A stretch of DNA of 32,000 bases from Idiomarina loihiensis L2TR (GCF_000008465.1 NC_006512.1:930001-962000), one strand, 5' to 3'. Counted from the first letter of the stretch, positions 18,617-27,760 are shown. Translations and numbers: made by a program. The notes: a model not told the origin generated them from the sequence alone.

Positions 18617-18937
18617 ATGCCAACCGTTTACTTTGTTGATGCCGATGGTAACCAGTTTGAAGCTACTGTCGATGCAGGAACCAACGTTATGGAAGCCGCT
18701 GTCGAAAACTTTATTGACGGCATTATTGGCGAGTGCGGCGGCGTTATGTCGTGCGCAACTTGCCATTGTTACATACCGCCAGAATGGCAAAGCAAAATTC
18801 CTGCCCCATCGGAGCAGGAAGAAGACATGATAGATATGGTTTTAGAGCCGCAGGACAATAGCCGCTTAAGCTGTCAGATAGAAATAACAGACGAATTAGA
18901 CGGTTTAGTTGTGCACATGCCGAAAACTCAGTTCTAA
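18617..18937 (+). CDS. 2Fe-2S ferredoxin (adrenodoxin/putidaredoxin type)
   Basis: 106 aa. Cluster ligand pattern CGGVMSCATCHC ... SRLSCQI (C-x5-C-x2-C ... C). Confidence 0.85.
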   Translation: MPTVYFVDADGNQFEATVDAGTNVMEAAVENFIDGIIGECGGVMSCATCHCYIPPEWQSKIPAPSEQEEDMIDMVLEPQDNSRLSCQIEITDELDGLVVHMPKTQF

Positions 18938-18949
18938 ATAAGCCTCAAA

Positions 18950-20092
18950 TTAATTTACGGCTGCCACCGGCATAAGAACTTCGTCGTGGTAGCCGGTAAT
19001 AACCCGAATAGTGCCTGAGAGTTCACGGTCTAGTTCCGAGTCGCCGGTATCAACGCGTAGAGGCTTGTTATTCAGTGCCTGCAACTTAGTTTTAGTGGCA
19101 ACCACCCAAATATTCTCTTTACCAATATGCCGAATAACCCGTGGACTTAATTGCTGATTTCCACGACCAAATAAATGCCCCTGCCCGCCAATTAAGGTTA
19201 TAACCAATTTAACGCTTCCAGCTTCGCACTGAGCCACTTCTTCGTATAAACGGCTTTCGGTTACGTCGCTGGCTAGCAGGTTATTCTGTTGGACTAAGTC
19301 GACACCGAGCAAAGTATTCTCGTGCCCCATGGACTGCATAATAGCTTCTACTGTAGAGCCAGACCCCATAACTAAAAGTTCGTCGTCAATGCGCTCTGTT
19401 ACTTCAGCAGCAATATCATCCAGTACCATCTCGTCGCTTTCTTTACCGCCCATTTTTACCGCCTGAACATATTCAAGTTCGGCCGGTACCGACATTTCAC
19501 CAAAACGTCGGGCTTTTACTGTGCCTTTTCTGAAAGCGTCTTCATCAATATCCATGACATCGGCGTTATGAATGCTGGATAACTCACCCTGCAGGATCTT
19601 CTCAATAACCCGCCCGGCACCAGTTGGACTAATAGCGTAAACGCCTGAATGAATTTTAACGCCAGCCGGTATACCCAAAACTAATTGTTGCTCAGGAACC
19701 ACCTGATAAATATCGCGCGCAGTGCCGTCACCGCCGGCGAATAAAAGAATATCGATGTTATGAGTCACAATTTCAGACACCGCTTTTTTGGTGTCTTCTG
19801 GTGAGGATGGAGTTTCAGCAGCTTTATAAACCGAGTCAAATGAAAAACCCAGAGCTTCGAGACTATTCGCTCCCATTTCATTGTCGGCAGTAACAAAATG
19901 AAGTAGCTGTTTGTATGGCTGCAAAAGTTCTAATGCGGTTTCAGCTCTTCTGGCGGCCTTTTTCTCAGCCCCGGCCGCTAATGCTTTTTCCCGAATGTCG
20001 GCGCCATCGCTTCCCTTTAAAGCTAAGGCGCCGCCAATACCTGCGTATGGGTTAATAATAAAACCTACGGTGAGTTTACTGCTTGTTTCCAT
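18950..20092 (-). CDS. ATP-NAD kinase family protein (long, about 380 aa form)
   Basis: GGDGT motif (LLFAGGDGTARDI) and overall NAD kinase/diacylglycerol kinase-like organisation. Its start lies 2 nt after the stop of the small lipoprotein gene upstream. Confidence 0.7.
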   Translation of the reverse strand: METSSKLTVGFIINPYAGIGGALALKGSDGADIREKALAAGAEKKAARRAETALELLQPYKQLLHFVTADNEMGANSLEALGFSFDSVYKAAETPSSPEDTKKAVSEIVTHNIDILLFAGGDGTARDIYQVVPEQQLVLGIPAGVKIHSGVYAISPTGAGRVIEKILQGELSSIHNADVMDIDEDAFRKGTVKARRFGEMSVPAELEYVQAVKMGGKESDEMVLDDIAAEVTERIDDELLVMGSGSTVEAIMQSMGHENTLLGVDLVQQNNLLASDVTESRLYEEVAQCEAGSVKLVITLIGGQGHLFGRGNQQLSPRVIRHIGKENIWVVATKTKLQALNNKPLRVDTGDSELDRELSGTIRVITGYHDEVLMPVAAVN

Positions 20093-20094
20093 TA

Positions 20095-20223
20095 CTACTC
20101 GTCATCAGCCTCATCTTGAATCGCTTCACCGGCGTTTTCTATATCTTCACCCGCACCTTCCATAGTTTCACAGGCACTCAAACCGAATATTGCGATGGTA
20201 ACCAATAATGCTCTTAAAAACAT
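20095..20223 (-). CDS. entericidin EcnA/B-family small lipoprotein (42 aa; below the ORF-track length cutoff)
   Basis: My translation of the reverse strand gives MFLRALLVTIAIFGLSACETMEGAGEDIENAGEAIQDEADDE, then a stop. It has a lipobox (GLSAC) and the entericidin-type core C-x-T-x-EGAG-x-DI-x-x-AGE-x-I. GGAG RBS (AAGGAGTTACCTATG). Confidence 0.8.
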   Translation of the reverse strand: MFLRALLVTIAIFGLSACETMEGAGEDIENAGEAIQDEADDE

Positions 20224-20250
20224 AGGTAACTCCTTATTTACTATTACAAA

Positions 20251-20784
20251 TTAACTGTTTGGCGGATTAGGCCAGCTACAATTAAAGTCGTCACAGAGCG
20301 CTTTTGCAAACTTTGCAGCGCGTGGCGGTATCGTATTTTCTTCCAGTAGACGACTTAACTGCGCAGCCACTTTCGAGGAAAATGCCTGCCTGTCTACTTC
20401 AACGCCATTTAAATTATCCACACTTACCTGGAACGGAAAACCACAACATAAAGAAAACAGCCACTCCAAAGCCTGTGGCTTTTGCTCAACCTGCTCAAAG
20501 GATTTCTGCTGGGCTTCGTTGCGCCCGTCAGGTTCATACCAGTAGCCATAGTCAAACAACTTGCGCCGCGCTTCACCCGCTATACACCAATGTGCGGTCT
20601 CGTGCAGCGCTGAGGCAAAAAAGCCATGAGCAAACACCACCTTATGTGGCTCACCCTCTTCCGCTGAGGGCTGATAATAAGGCTCATCGTCACCGGCAAC
20701 CAGTATTGTGTTGTAATCTTCGCTGAAACAACGCTTAAAAATCTCAATTAAGCGCTCATAATGGTGTTCTGACGTCTGACTCAT
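20251..20784 (-). CDS. epmC: elongation factor P hydroxylase (YfcM/EpmC family)
   Basis: 177 aa. Motifs FFASALHETAHWCIAG and DYGYWY typical of YfcM. Located downstream of aroC-prmB, as in E. coli. Confidence 0.8.
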   Translation of the reverse strand: MSQTSEHHYERLIEIFKRCFSEDYNTILVAGDDEPYYQPSAEEGEPHKVVFAHGFFASALHETAHWCIAGEARRKLFDYGYWYEPDGRNEAQQKSFEQVEQKPQALEWLFSLCCGFPFQVSVDNLNGVEVDRQAFSSKVAAQLSRLLEENTIPPRAAKFAKALCDDFNCSWPNPPNS

Positions 20785-20789
20785 ATTCG

Positions 20790-21878
20790 CTAGCGACTAA
20801 TATCCGGCGTTTCAGTTTGCGCTGTTAAATTATGCGCCCGCTGGCGTAACCAATGGTCGGCTAAAACCAGGCTGGTCATAGCTTCAACAATAGGTACCGC
20901 ACGTATGCCAACACAAGGATCATGACGGCCTTTCGTCACTATCGCTTGTTCGTTACCCCAGCGGTCAATTGTACGCCCGCTAATGGCAATACTTGAGGTT
21001 GGTTTCAGTGCGATATCAGCAAAAATTGGCTGCCCACTGCTAATACCGCCTAAGACACCGCCCGCGTGGTTCGATAAGAAACCGTCCGGCGTCATTTCAT
21101 CACGGTGTTCGCTGCCACGCTGGCTTACCACCTCGAAACCATCGCCAACACTCACCGCCTTTACCGCATTAATGCTCATCAGTGCTTTGGCTAAATCAGC
21201 ATCCAGCCTGTCAAAAACCGGTTCGCCCCAACCCGGCGGCACACCAGTAGCCTGCACCCGAATTTTTGCACCAATTGAGTCGCCTTCTTTTTTCAGCTGA
21301 CGAATAAGCTCCTGCATAGCTTCAACCGCATTGGCGTCTCCGCAAAACAGTTCATTCTCGCGTACCTGCTGCCAGTCAATATTACTAGCAACAACATCGC
21401 CCATTTGCGTTAATGCCGCCTGAACCTGTATGCCCTGCTGCCGTAGTAATTTATCGGCTATAGCACCAGCCGCCACCCGCATTGCGGTTTCACGCGCTGA
21501 AGAACGACCGCCACCGCGATAATCCCGTACACCGTACTTATGTTGGTAGGTGTAATCGGCATGGCCGGGTCGGAAGGTATCTTTTATGTCAGAGTAATCC
21601 TGGCTGCGCTGGTCAGTGTTTTCAATCAGCAAACCAATAGAGGTGCCGGTTGTCACGCCTTCAAATACCCCGGAGAGGATCTTAACTTGATCGGCCTCAC
21701 GACGTGCTGTGGTATAGCGGTTTTGTCCTGGCTTACGCCGGTCTAAAGCTTCCTGTAAATCGGCTTCGGTTAACTCTAACCCCGCAGGACAACCGTCAAC
21801 AACTGCACCCAGCGAAGGCCCGTGGCTTTCACCAAAGGTGGTAATTTTGAATAACTGACCAAAACTGTTTCCTGGCAT
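20790..21878 (-). CDS. aroC: chorismate synthase
   Basis: 362 aa. [20 protein letters not shown] start, and [11 protein letters not shown] and RHDPCV motifs. Confidence 0.95.
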   Translation of the reverse strand: MPGNSFGQLFKITTFGESHGPSLGAVVDGCPAGLELTEADLQEALDRRKPGQNRYTTARREADQVKILSGVFEGVTTGTSIGLLIENTDQRSQDYSDIKDTFRPGHADYTYQHKYGVRDYRGGGRSSARETAMRVAAGAIADKLLRQQGIQVQAALTQMGDVVASNIDWQQVRENELFCGDANAVEAMQELIRQLKKEGDSIGAKIRVQATGVPPGWGEPVFDRLDADLAKALMSINAVKAVSVGDGFEVVSQRGSEHRDEMTPDGFLSNHAGGVLGGISSGQPIFADIALKPTSSIAISGRTIDRWGNEQAIVTKGRHDPCVGIRAVPIVEAMTSLVLADHWLRQRAHNLTAQTETPDISR

Positions 21879-22825
21879 TAGCTGGCCTTAGTTTCCCGTT
21901 GTTTATGTTCAATTAATTGCTGTTTTGTCAGCAAAAATACCCCGTCGCCGCCATTGGCAAACTCAAGCCACATAAACGGCGTTTTCGGATACTTTTCAGC
22001 TAAAGCCGGCATTGAATTGCCCACCTCACAAACAAACAGGCCGCCGTCGTTCAGTAAATCCGACGCCTGCATCAGCATTTTGTCTACCAAAATCAAGCCA
22101 TCTTCGCCGGCCGCCAACCCAAGTTCCGGTTCGTGGTGATACTCAGGTGGTAAATCAGTCATATCTTCGGCATCGACATACGGAGGATTGGTAACAATTA
22201 AATCGTATTTTTCGGCTTTTACCGCATCGAATAAGTCCGACTGAATGGGCGTCACTCTATGAGTTAAACCGTGCTGTTCAATGTTGAACTCAGCCACTTC
22301 CAGCGCTTCGGTGGAAATATCCAGCGCATCGACTTCGGCTTCGGGAAACGCATAGGCACAGGCTATGGCAATACAGCCACCGCCGGTGCATAAGTCCAGA
22401 ACACGGTGCGGGGCTTCGACTAACCAAGTCTGAAAGCCATTTTCAATAAGCTCGGCTATTGGAGAGCGTGGCACCAGAACCCGTTCGTCGACATAAAATG
22501 GTAATCCGGCAAACCAGGCCTGATGAGTCAGATACGCAGCCGGAATGTGTTGCTCAACGCGTTGCTTTAATAACTCAACAAATTCTTGTTTCTCTGAGTT
22601 GAGCATACGGCAATGACCCATAGCGGCTAACTGAGCCGTTGTTAGCTGTAGCACGAAGCTTAATAAAGCCCGGGTTTCATCAATTGGGTTGTCGGTGCCA
22701 TGACCATAATACACGTCAGACTGGTTGAGCTGAGTTACGCTCCAGCGGGTAATGTCATCAATGCTTACTAACTCTTGAATGGCTTGTTCCAGATTACGCA
22801 CTTGCAAAGGCTGTCTCCCGACCAC
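21878..22825 (-). CDS. prmB: 50S ribosomal protein L3 glutamine N5-methyltransferase
   Basis: Collinear with E. coli PrmB ([53 protein letters not shown]). GTG start. 1-nt overlap with the aroC start. Confidence 0.92.
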   Translation of the reverse strand: MVGRQPLQVRNLEQAIQELVSIDDITRWSVTQLNQSDVYYGHGTDNPIDETRALLSFVLQLTTAQLAAMGHCRMLNSEKQEFVELLKQRVEQHIPAAYLTHQAWFAGLPFYVDERVLVPRSPIAELIENGFQTWLVEAPHRVLDLCTGGGCIAIACAYAFPEAEVDALDISTEALEVAEFNIEQHGLTHRVTPIQSDLFDAVKAEKYDLIVTNPPYVDAEDMTDLPPEYHHEPELGLAAGEDGLILVDKMLMQASDLLNDGGLFVCEVGNSMPALAEKYPKTPFMWLEFANGGDGVFLLTKQQLIEHKQRETKAS

Positions 22826-22893
22826 TGAATGTTTTATACTGAATAAACTTAATGCCTTAAAGATACCTTAATTCAGCGCGGTTTTCATCAATC

Positions 22894-23457
22894 ATGGTTG
22901 CAAACAAACGTCAGTCATCATCACTTTCTGAAGACGATATCGAGCTTTTTCGTGAAGCCGCGAAAGGTGCTGCCCGCATAAAGCAGGACAAACTGCCGCC
23001 GGAACCACCAAAAATTGCTGAATTACGGAAGCGCCGACAGCTATCGCAAGACCCCAGCGCCCAGCAAATTGCCGACGCCAGTCGCTCGGCCAGTCATTAT
23101 TTTTCGGATGATTTTGAAGCGCACTTTGCCGACGGCCCGGTACGTTTTTCCGCGGAGGGTGAGTCGGGGTATTTGGTTAAGCAATTACGCCGGGGAGACT
23201 ACACGCCCGAGTTACTACTGGACTTACACGGCATGACGTTAGCCACGGCGCGCCAGGAGTTAGCGGCGTTATTACTGGCATGTGAGCGCGAACACATAGA
23301 CTGTTGCTGCATTATGCACGGGCACGGCAGTGGTAAATTAAAGCAGCAGTTGCCACACTGGCTGGTACAGCATCCGCATGTTCGGGCGTTTCATCAGGCT
23401 CCGCTGGAATGGGGTGGCGCAGCCTCTTTACTGGTACTGTTAAAAGTAGCGAGCTAG
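22894..23457 (+). CDS. smrB: Smr-domain endonuclease SmrB (YfcN)
   Basis: 187 aa. C-terminal Smr domain (LDLHGMTLATARQEL ... IMHGHGSGKLKQQLPHWL). Divergent from prmB, as in E. coli. Confidence 0.85.
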   Translation: MVANKRQSSSLSEDDIELFREAAKGAARIKQDKLPPEPPKIAELRKRRQLSQDPSAQQIADASRSASHYFSDDFEAHFADGPVRFSAEGESGYLVKQLRRGDYTPELLLDLHGMTLATARQELAALLLACEREHIDCCCIMHGHGSGKLKQQLPHWLVQHPHVRAFHQAPLEWGGAASLLVLLKVAS

Positions 23458-23460
23458 CAG

Positions 23461-23943
23461 TTAGCCAGCACACCGCTCTGCTATTAATAGTTGCTGAAAC
23501 TTGCCGCGTAAGGTTTCCGGCGAAAAGTCGACAACCGCAATACCCGCTGTCGGAAAAATAGGAGGCTGCACGCTGGCATCCAGCTCATGCACTAAATAAC
23601 TCACTAGCGGCATGTGCGACACCAACACCACACTCTCGTAGCCGTGCTGTTGAATTTCTGCAGCAAGCCAACTAACAACCGAACCGGCATGACCATCGGG
23701 CGTAATGTCATCGCAATTTTGCTTCTGCCCGGTTTTCAGATGCGACAATAAAATAGAAGCCGTTTGCTGAGCACGCAAATACGGGCTGACGTAAACACAG
23801 TCTACTTTCGGTTGCTTGTCTATGAGCCAATTGGTTGTGGTTATAACTTCGCGCTCGCCATTTGTTGTTAAGCGACGCTCGCGATCGGAGTAACTGCCCT
23901 TGGGGTAGTTTGCTTCACCGTGACGCATAATATACAGCTTCAT
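23461..23943 (-). CDS. sixA: phosphohistidine phosphatase SixA
   Basis: 160 aa. MKLYIMRHGEA (RHG motif) histidine phosphatase fold. Its start overlaps the rnfH stop (ATGA). Confidence 0.85.
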   Translation of the reverse strand: MKLYIMRHGEANYPKGSYSDRERRLTTNGEREVITTTNWLIDKQPKVDCVYVSPYLRAQQTASILLSHLKTGQKQNCDDITPDGHAGSVVSWLAAEIQQHGYESVVLVSHMPLVSYLVHELDASVQPPIFPTAGIAVVDFSPETLRGKFQQLLIAERCAG

Positions 23944-24305
23944 TCTGGCTTGGACTCCTCAGCCTGCGCTCGACGTTTTGCGTCTGGTCGGCCACCGGTT
24001 ACCCGGTCTGCCCGGCCGGACTGCTTAGCTTCTTCCGCACGACGTTTACGTACGGCTTTTGGATCGGCAATTAGCGGACGATAAATTTCAATGCGGTCAC
24101 CGTCTCGCGGTTGTGCATTTAATTTCACCGTCTTATTCCAGATACCCACTTTTTGCTGTTCAAGATCAATTTCCGGAAACTGCTCGAGCACATCCGACAT
24201 GCGTATGCACTCTTCCACCGTTGCGCCTTCTTGCGGATGCACGGTTAACAGCACTTGCTTGTCAGGGGTAGCGTAAGCCACTTCAATGGTTAATTTATTG
24301 CCCAT
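23940..24305 (-). CDS. rnfH: RnfH-family ubiquitin-like protein with an extended basic C-terminal tail
   Basis: MGNKLTIEVAYATPDKQVLL...GDRIEIYRPLIADPK is collinear with E. coli RnfH. I chose ATG 24305 by that alignment. The ORF-track start at 24317 adds 4 aa. Confidence 0.85.
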   Translation of the reverse strand: MGNKLTIEVAYATPDKQVLLTVHPQEGATVEECIRMSDVLEQFPEIDLEQQKVGIWNKTVKLNAQPRDGDRIEIYRPLIADPKAVRKRRAEEAKQSGRADRVTGGRPDAKRRAQAEESKPE

Positions 24306-24741
24306 GCTGGTTTCCATACACCTGCTCCGCCCTTTTCACAAAGGCATCGACCATACGTGACGTGACTTCTTTGAATATTTTACCAAAGGCCATGCCCAGC
24401 AAGCGACTGGAAAACTCAAAGTCCAGCTTAAGCTCAACTTTACAGGCGTCTTCGGCCAGTGGCGTAAATACCCAACCACCAGTTAATTTTTTAAATGGTC
24501 CGTCTACCAGATCCATATCTATACGTTCGGGTTCGTGCAGCGTATTGCGGGTAGTAAAGGTTTTGCTGATACCCGCCTTGCTTATGTCTAACGCAGCCAC
24601 TTTTTGTTGGCTGGAGGACTCCAGCACCCGCGCGGCAGCACATCCGGGCACAAACTCCGGGTACGCTTCAACGTGGTTAACGAGGTCGAACATTTGTTTG
24701 GCGCTGTACGAAACTAAAGCACTTTTCTCGATACTCGGCAT
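24295..24741 (-). CDS. ratA: SRPBCC/START-fold protein RatA (UbiK/Coq10-like, YfjG)
   Basis: MPSIEKSALVSYSAKQMFDLVNHVEAYPEFVPGC is collinear with E. coli YfjG. ATG 24741 preferred; the ORF-track start is 24765. Divergent from smpB, as in E. coli. Confidence 0.85.
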   Translation of the reverse strand: MPSIEKSALVSYSAKQMFDLVNHVEAYPEFVPGCAAARVLESSSQQKVAALDISKAGISKTFTTRNTLHEPERIDMDLVDGPFKKLTGGWVFTPLAEDACKVELKLDFEFSSRLLGMAFGKIFKEVTSRMVDAFVKRAEQVYGNQHGQ

Positions 24742-24847
24742 TTTTTTACCTACGACTAAAATCAACTGCGCAATAATAACGCAACCAGAAGCTCTTTGAA
24801 GCCCTTAAAGCAATTTTCTTTTCAGTGCGCATAGGTATAATGGGGCT

Positions 24848-25327
24848 ATGAGTAAAAAGAAACCACAACAATCATCCAATACCATAGCTCGTAATAAAAA
24901 AGCGCGGCATGAATACTTCCTTGAAGACAAGTTCGAGGCAGGTGTTAGTTTGCAAGGCTGGGAAATTAAGAGCATACGGGCTGGCAAGGTCAACATTAGC
25001 GACAGCTACGTCATTATTAAAAATGGCGAGGCTTACCTTTTGGGTGCCGAAATTCAGCCTCTTAACCAAGCCTCAAGCCATGTTTATTGCGAGCCAGACC
25101 GCAGCCGTAAACTGCTGCTGAAGCGCCGCGAGCTGGATAAGCTTATTGGCGCCTCAGAGCGTGAGGGCTATTCCATTGTTGCCACAACCATATACTGGAA
25201 AGGCCCATGGGCAAAACTGGAAATATTTTTAGCCCAGGGTAAAAAGTCACACGATAAGCGCGACACCATTAAAGAGCGCGACTGGCAACGCCAGAAGGCT
25301 CGGATAATGAAGCATTCGGTGCGTTAG
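24848..25327 (+). CDS. smpB: SsrA-binding protein SmpB
   Basis: 159 aa. Collinear with E. coli SmpB, including the C-terminal tail ([21 protein letters not shown]). Confidence 0.95.
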   Translation: MSKKKPQQSSNTIARNKKARHEYFLEDKFEAGVSLQGWEIKSIRAGKVNISDSYVIIKNGEAYLLGAEIQPLNQASSHVYCEPDRSRKLLLKRRELDKLIGASEREGYSIVATTIYWKGPWAKLEIFLAQGKKSHDKRDTIKERDWQRQKARIMKHSVR

Positions 25328-25781
25328 TTGGAACTTCAGGTGCGTCATTCAGGCGTGCCTGTTGAAGTTTCAATAGTTGATTGAGCAACCTTTCGAGCTC
25401 TCCGTCAAAGGTATCCAGCTCAACCCGGGCATCCATAAGAATGTTGGTGGTCTGACGTAAATTAAGTAATGCCAGATTGAACCACACATTCCGATCAGAA
25501 GAATTAAGTCTCAGGGATTGCCCGTAAGCTGATTCGCTAGCTTTAAAACGATACTGTCTAAAGTAAATGTTACCGAGTAGCGCCCAACTTTTATCCGTCC
25601 CTAACCCCTTACGGTGTAACCATTGCAAATGCTGTTCCGCTGATAAGAGATCGCCATTTTTATACCAGTTAATGGCGGTATCCAGGCTCTGTTCCCTAAC
25701 TTGCCTCTCTTCTACTGTCGCGCTACAGCCTTGATTAATTAAGCTCAATAGCAATACAGCAATCAAAATGCTTGTTTTCAT
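25269..25781 (-). CDS. TPR-repeat lipoprotein (TadD-like), last gene of the Tad-like module
   Basis: Lipoprotein signal peptide [22 protein letters not shown]-like helical repeats ([37 protein letters not shown]). Its last 19 sense codons plus stop lie antisense to the smpB 3' end. Confidence 0.7.
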   Translation of the reverse strand: MKTSILIAVLLLSLINQGCSATVEERQVREQSLDTAINWYKNGDLLSAEQHLQWLHRKGLGTDKSWALLGNIYFRQYRFKASESAYGQSLRLNSSDRNVWFNLALLNLRQTTNILMDARVELDTFDGELERLLNQLLKLQQARLNDAPEVPTNAPNASLSEPSGVASRAL

Positions 25782-26127
25782 TTAGCTCTCCATGCTTGTT
25801 TATAAACTTTAATCTCTTTCCAACCCATTTTTCTAAAGGCCAAAAGTTTCCAGCAGCCATTTCAATTAATCCGTGAGCTCCTTTAAAGCGAGCGATTTCA
25901 TTGGGACAAATGAATCGACGAACCTCTATAATTTGATTTCCTTTGTCGAGGGCCACAACATCAATTGGCTCTTTCATTCCCCAAGTGTGTATTGACCTAC
26001 AAAATGGAAACCAAAAGGCCATCTCTGGCGTTGGTTGCTGCTCGCCCAGCATGCCAATTAACCTTTGATGAAACTTTTTCATGGCCTTCACCTTGGGCCA
26101 TGCAATAATTTCTTTCTCACTCGTCAT
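25735..26127 (-). CDS. DUF192 (COG1430) domain protein
   Basis: The core FCRSIHTWGMKEPIDVVALDKGNQIIEV resembles the DUF192 signature (HT-x-GM ... D-hydrophobic-hydrophobic-F/L-D). I chose ATG 26127, which forms an ATGA overlap with the tadC stop and follows AAGGAGGG. The ORF-track start at 26199 lies inside tadC. Confidence 0.6.
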   Translation of the reverse strand: MTSEKEIIAWPKVKAMKKFHQRLIGMLGEQQPTPEMAFWFPFCRSIHTWGMKEPIDVVALDKGNQIIEVRRFICPNEIARFKGAHGLIEMAAGNFWPLEKWVGKRLKFINKHGELNENKHFDCCIAIELN

Positions 26128-26912
26128 CCAAACCCTCCTTGGCTTATTTGAACAATAACTGGCCCGAGAATAACCAGAAAGTTTACGGGAAAAAAACAAG
26201 TTACTAGTGGAAAAAGGAGCTTTACGGGCGCTTCTTGCGCTCTCTTCTCCGCTGAGTTTAGTAGATCCTGTCTTAATTGGTTAGCATAAAACCTTAACGA
26301 CTTGGTTAGGCTAGTTCCTTGCTGATATCCTTTTATTAGCATCGAACTCCACTCATGGATCTGCTTCGCATCATACCGTTCAGATAGTTCATACATTGAC
26401 TGAGCAAAACTTGTCCCTCGTCGCAACCGACTGAGCATCGATGTGATCTCCCGCGCAAGCAGAAGATCGCTGCACGACGCAGATACCTTTTCTAAAGCGG
26501 AAATTAACGGAATACCTGAAGCAATCATCATAGAAATTAGATCACAAAAATCAGGAAGTTGGCGAACTATCGCTTTATTATTTTTTAGAGCTAACTGTCT
26601 TCTCTTATTTATTACCATTAGTAGTAAGAGAACATAAGCGATACTTAAAAGCCAAACCCCGGAAAGCAGAGAAATAGAGACAGATACACATGCCATAAAA
26701 ACCCAGAAGAAAAATGATCGCGCGGCTCCTTTTAGAAAATCTACTTCCAGATAACGAACAGTCCATCTTTTGACATTTTCCGGTAAAACCGACCACATTT
26801 TTGACACTGCATAATCAAGCTTTTGCCCAAGCCCCAGTATTTGCCAGAACGCGAGGACTAAAAGCGAAAAGCTAAGAGTAGCGAGAAATGTTAAGACAGC
26901 AACTATAATCAT
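26124..26912 (-). CDS. tadC: Tad/Flp pilus platform protein TadC-like (T2SS F-domain)
   Basis: 262 aa polytopic membrane protein with a cytoplasmic T2SSF-type helical domain (LPDFCDLISMMIASGIPLISALEKV ... LFPLVTCFFPVNFLVILGPV). Second of two such genes after the ATPase. Confidence 0.8.
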   Translation of the reverse strand: MIIVAVLTFLATLSFSLLVLAFWQILGLGQKLDYAVSKMWSVLPENVKRWTVRYLEVDFLKGAARSFFFWVFMACVSVSISLLSGVWLLSIAYVLLLLMVINKRRQLALKNNKAIVRQLPDFCDLISMMIASGIPLISALEKVSASCSDLLLAREITSMLSRLRRGTSFAQSMYELSERYDAKQIHEWSSMLIKGYQQGTSLTKSLRFYANQLRQDLLNSAEKRAQEAPVKLLFPLVTCFFPVNFLVILGPVIVQISQGGFG

Positions 26913-27760
26913 TTTTCATCTTCCGGATGCATAATTCGCTTAACCATCCATCCACCAATAATCATCAATATAAGAGCCACTATAAGCATAAAAATACCAA
27001 CCCGTGACTCAGTGAAAAGCGCTGTATGTTCTGATTTCATCCAACTTAAAAGAAAATACAATCCAACCGGCATCATAACGAGAATTTTAGCCTGCATTCT
27101 GGCTTGTGAAGTCAGCGTTATCTGCCGCTCTTTAATGTGCTGCTGTTGTTGGAGGTTGTCAGCCAACCTTAGAAATAAATCCGACTGTTGCCCTCCACTT
27201 TTCAAACCTAGAACTAAAGATTGAACCACGAGTTTAATGGAGAAAACAGGAACTCTCCGCTGCCAGTCTTCCAGGCAATCTGTTAAGGGTTTACCCACTT
27301 TTTCCTGTCTCAATAGCTCGTCCACCTCTTGTCCTAAAGGAGCTAATAACGTTCCTTTTAAATTCTTCAAAGCTGCTCCGACACTCGTACCACTTCTTAA
27401 CTGGTTACTAAGCCCGATCAACATACCGGGCAACTGTTTTTCAATTTTTATGTAACGTTGCTTTTTAAGATGACGATAAACAAATGGAGGAGCCAACAAA
27501 GTCAGAATAAACGTCGCTACTGCCCAGGTTCTATTAACATAAAACCATACGATTAGAGGCGATAAGAGTGTGACTACCAGATAACTTCTGACCAAAATTG
27601 TTACCGGCATTCTCAAGAAAAATTCTTCTAAAGAGCGTACCGTTGATAGCGTCAGTTTGTCTTCAAGTTGTCGATATCGCTTTGGTGTTAAATGCGAAAA
27701 GATCCAGAGCCAGCAAAGTCCGCTGCATACGATTAAGAGGGCTAATCCGAAGATGAACAT
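26909..27760 (-). CDS. tadB: Tad/Flp pilus platform protein TadB-like (T2SS F-domain)
   Basis: 283 aa. T2SSF-type domain (LPGMLIGLSNQLRSGTSVGAALKNL ... ARMQAKILVMMPVGLYFLL). 4-nt overlap with tadC. Confidence 0.8.
   Translation of the reverse strand: MFIFGLALLIVCSGLCWLWIFSHLTPKRYRQLEDKLTLSTVRSLEEFFLRMPVTILVRSYLVVTLLSPLIVWFYVNRTWAVATFILTLLAPPFVYRHLKKQRYIKIEKQLPGMLIGLSNQLRSGTSVGAALKNLKGTLLAPLGQEVDELLRQEKVGKPLTDCLEDWQRRVPVFSIKLVVQSLVLGLKSGGQQSDLFLRLADNLQQQQHIKERQITLTSQARMQAKILVMMPVGLYFLLSWMKSEHTALFTESRVGIFMLIVALILMIIGGWMVKRIMHPEDEK

Noticed and set aside
980-24799. Dozens of 60-145-aa ORFs antisense to or out of frame within conserved genes. Examples: 980-1183(-), 6177-6464(-), 8910-9281(-), 10940-11248(-), 11291-11623(-), 20304-20726(+), 20983-21300(+), 24362-24799(+)
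   Set aside because: They are fully embedded in genes with strong family signatures. Their compositions are low-complexity (Ser/Arg/Pro/Leu-rich), typical of shadow frames, and they lack RBS support.
24836-24841. TATAAT hexamer only 6 nt upstream of the smpB ATG, hinting at a leaderless smpB mRNA
   Set aside because: No acceptable -35 or extended -10 (TGn) element at the right spacing. A single hexamer match in a 45-50% GC genome is weak evidence.
25203-25212. GCCCATGGGC palindrome inside smpB as a possible terminator for the convergent Tad-like operon
   Set aside because: It is too short, has no loop and no adjacent U-tract on the minus strand. Most likely it is just coding sequence for the KGPWA segment.
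25328-25800. Search for a tmRNA (ssrA) gene or tRNA-like element directly downstream of smpB
   Set aside because: No GGGGCTGA-type 5' end, resume-codon/tag region or TPsiC-arm-like sequence was seen, and the region is fully occupied by the minus-strand TPR lipoprotein ORF. The absence is reported as a finding rather than as a feature.
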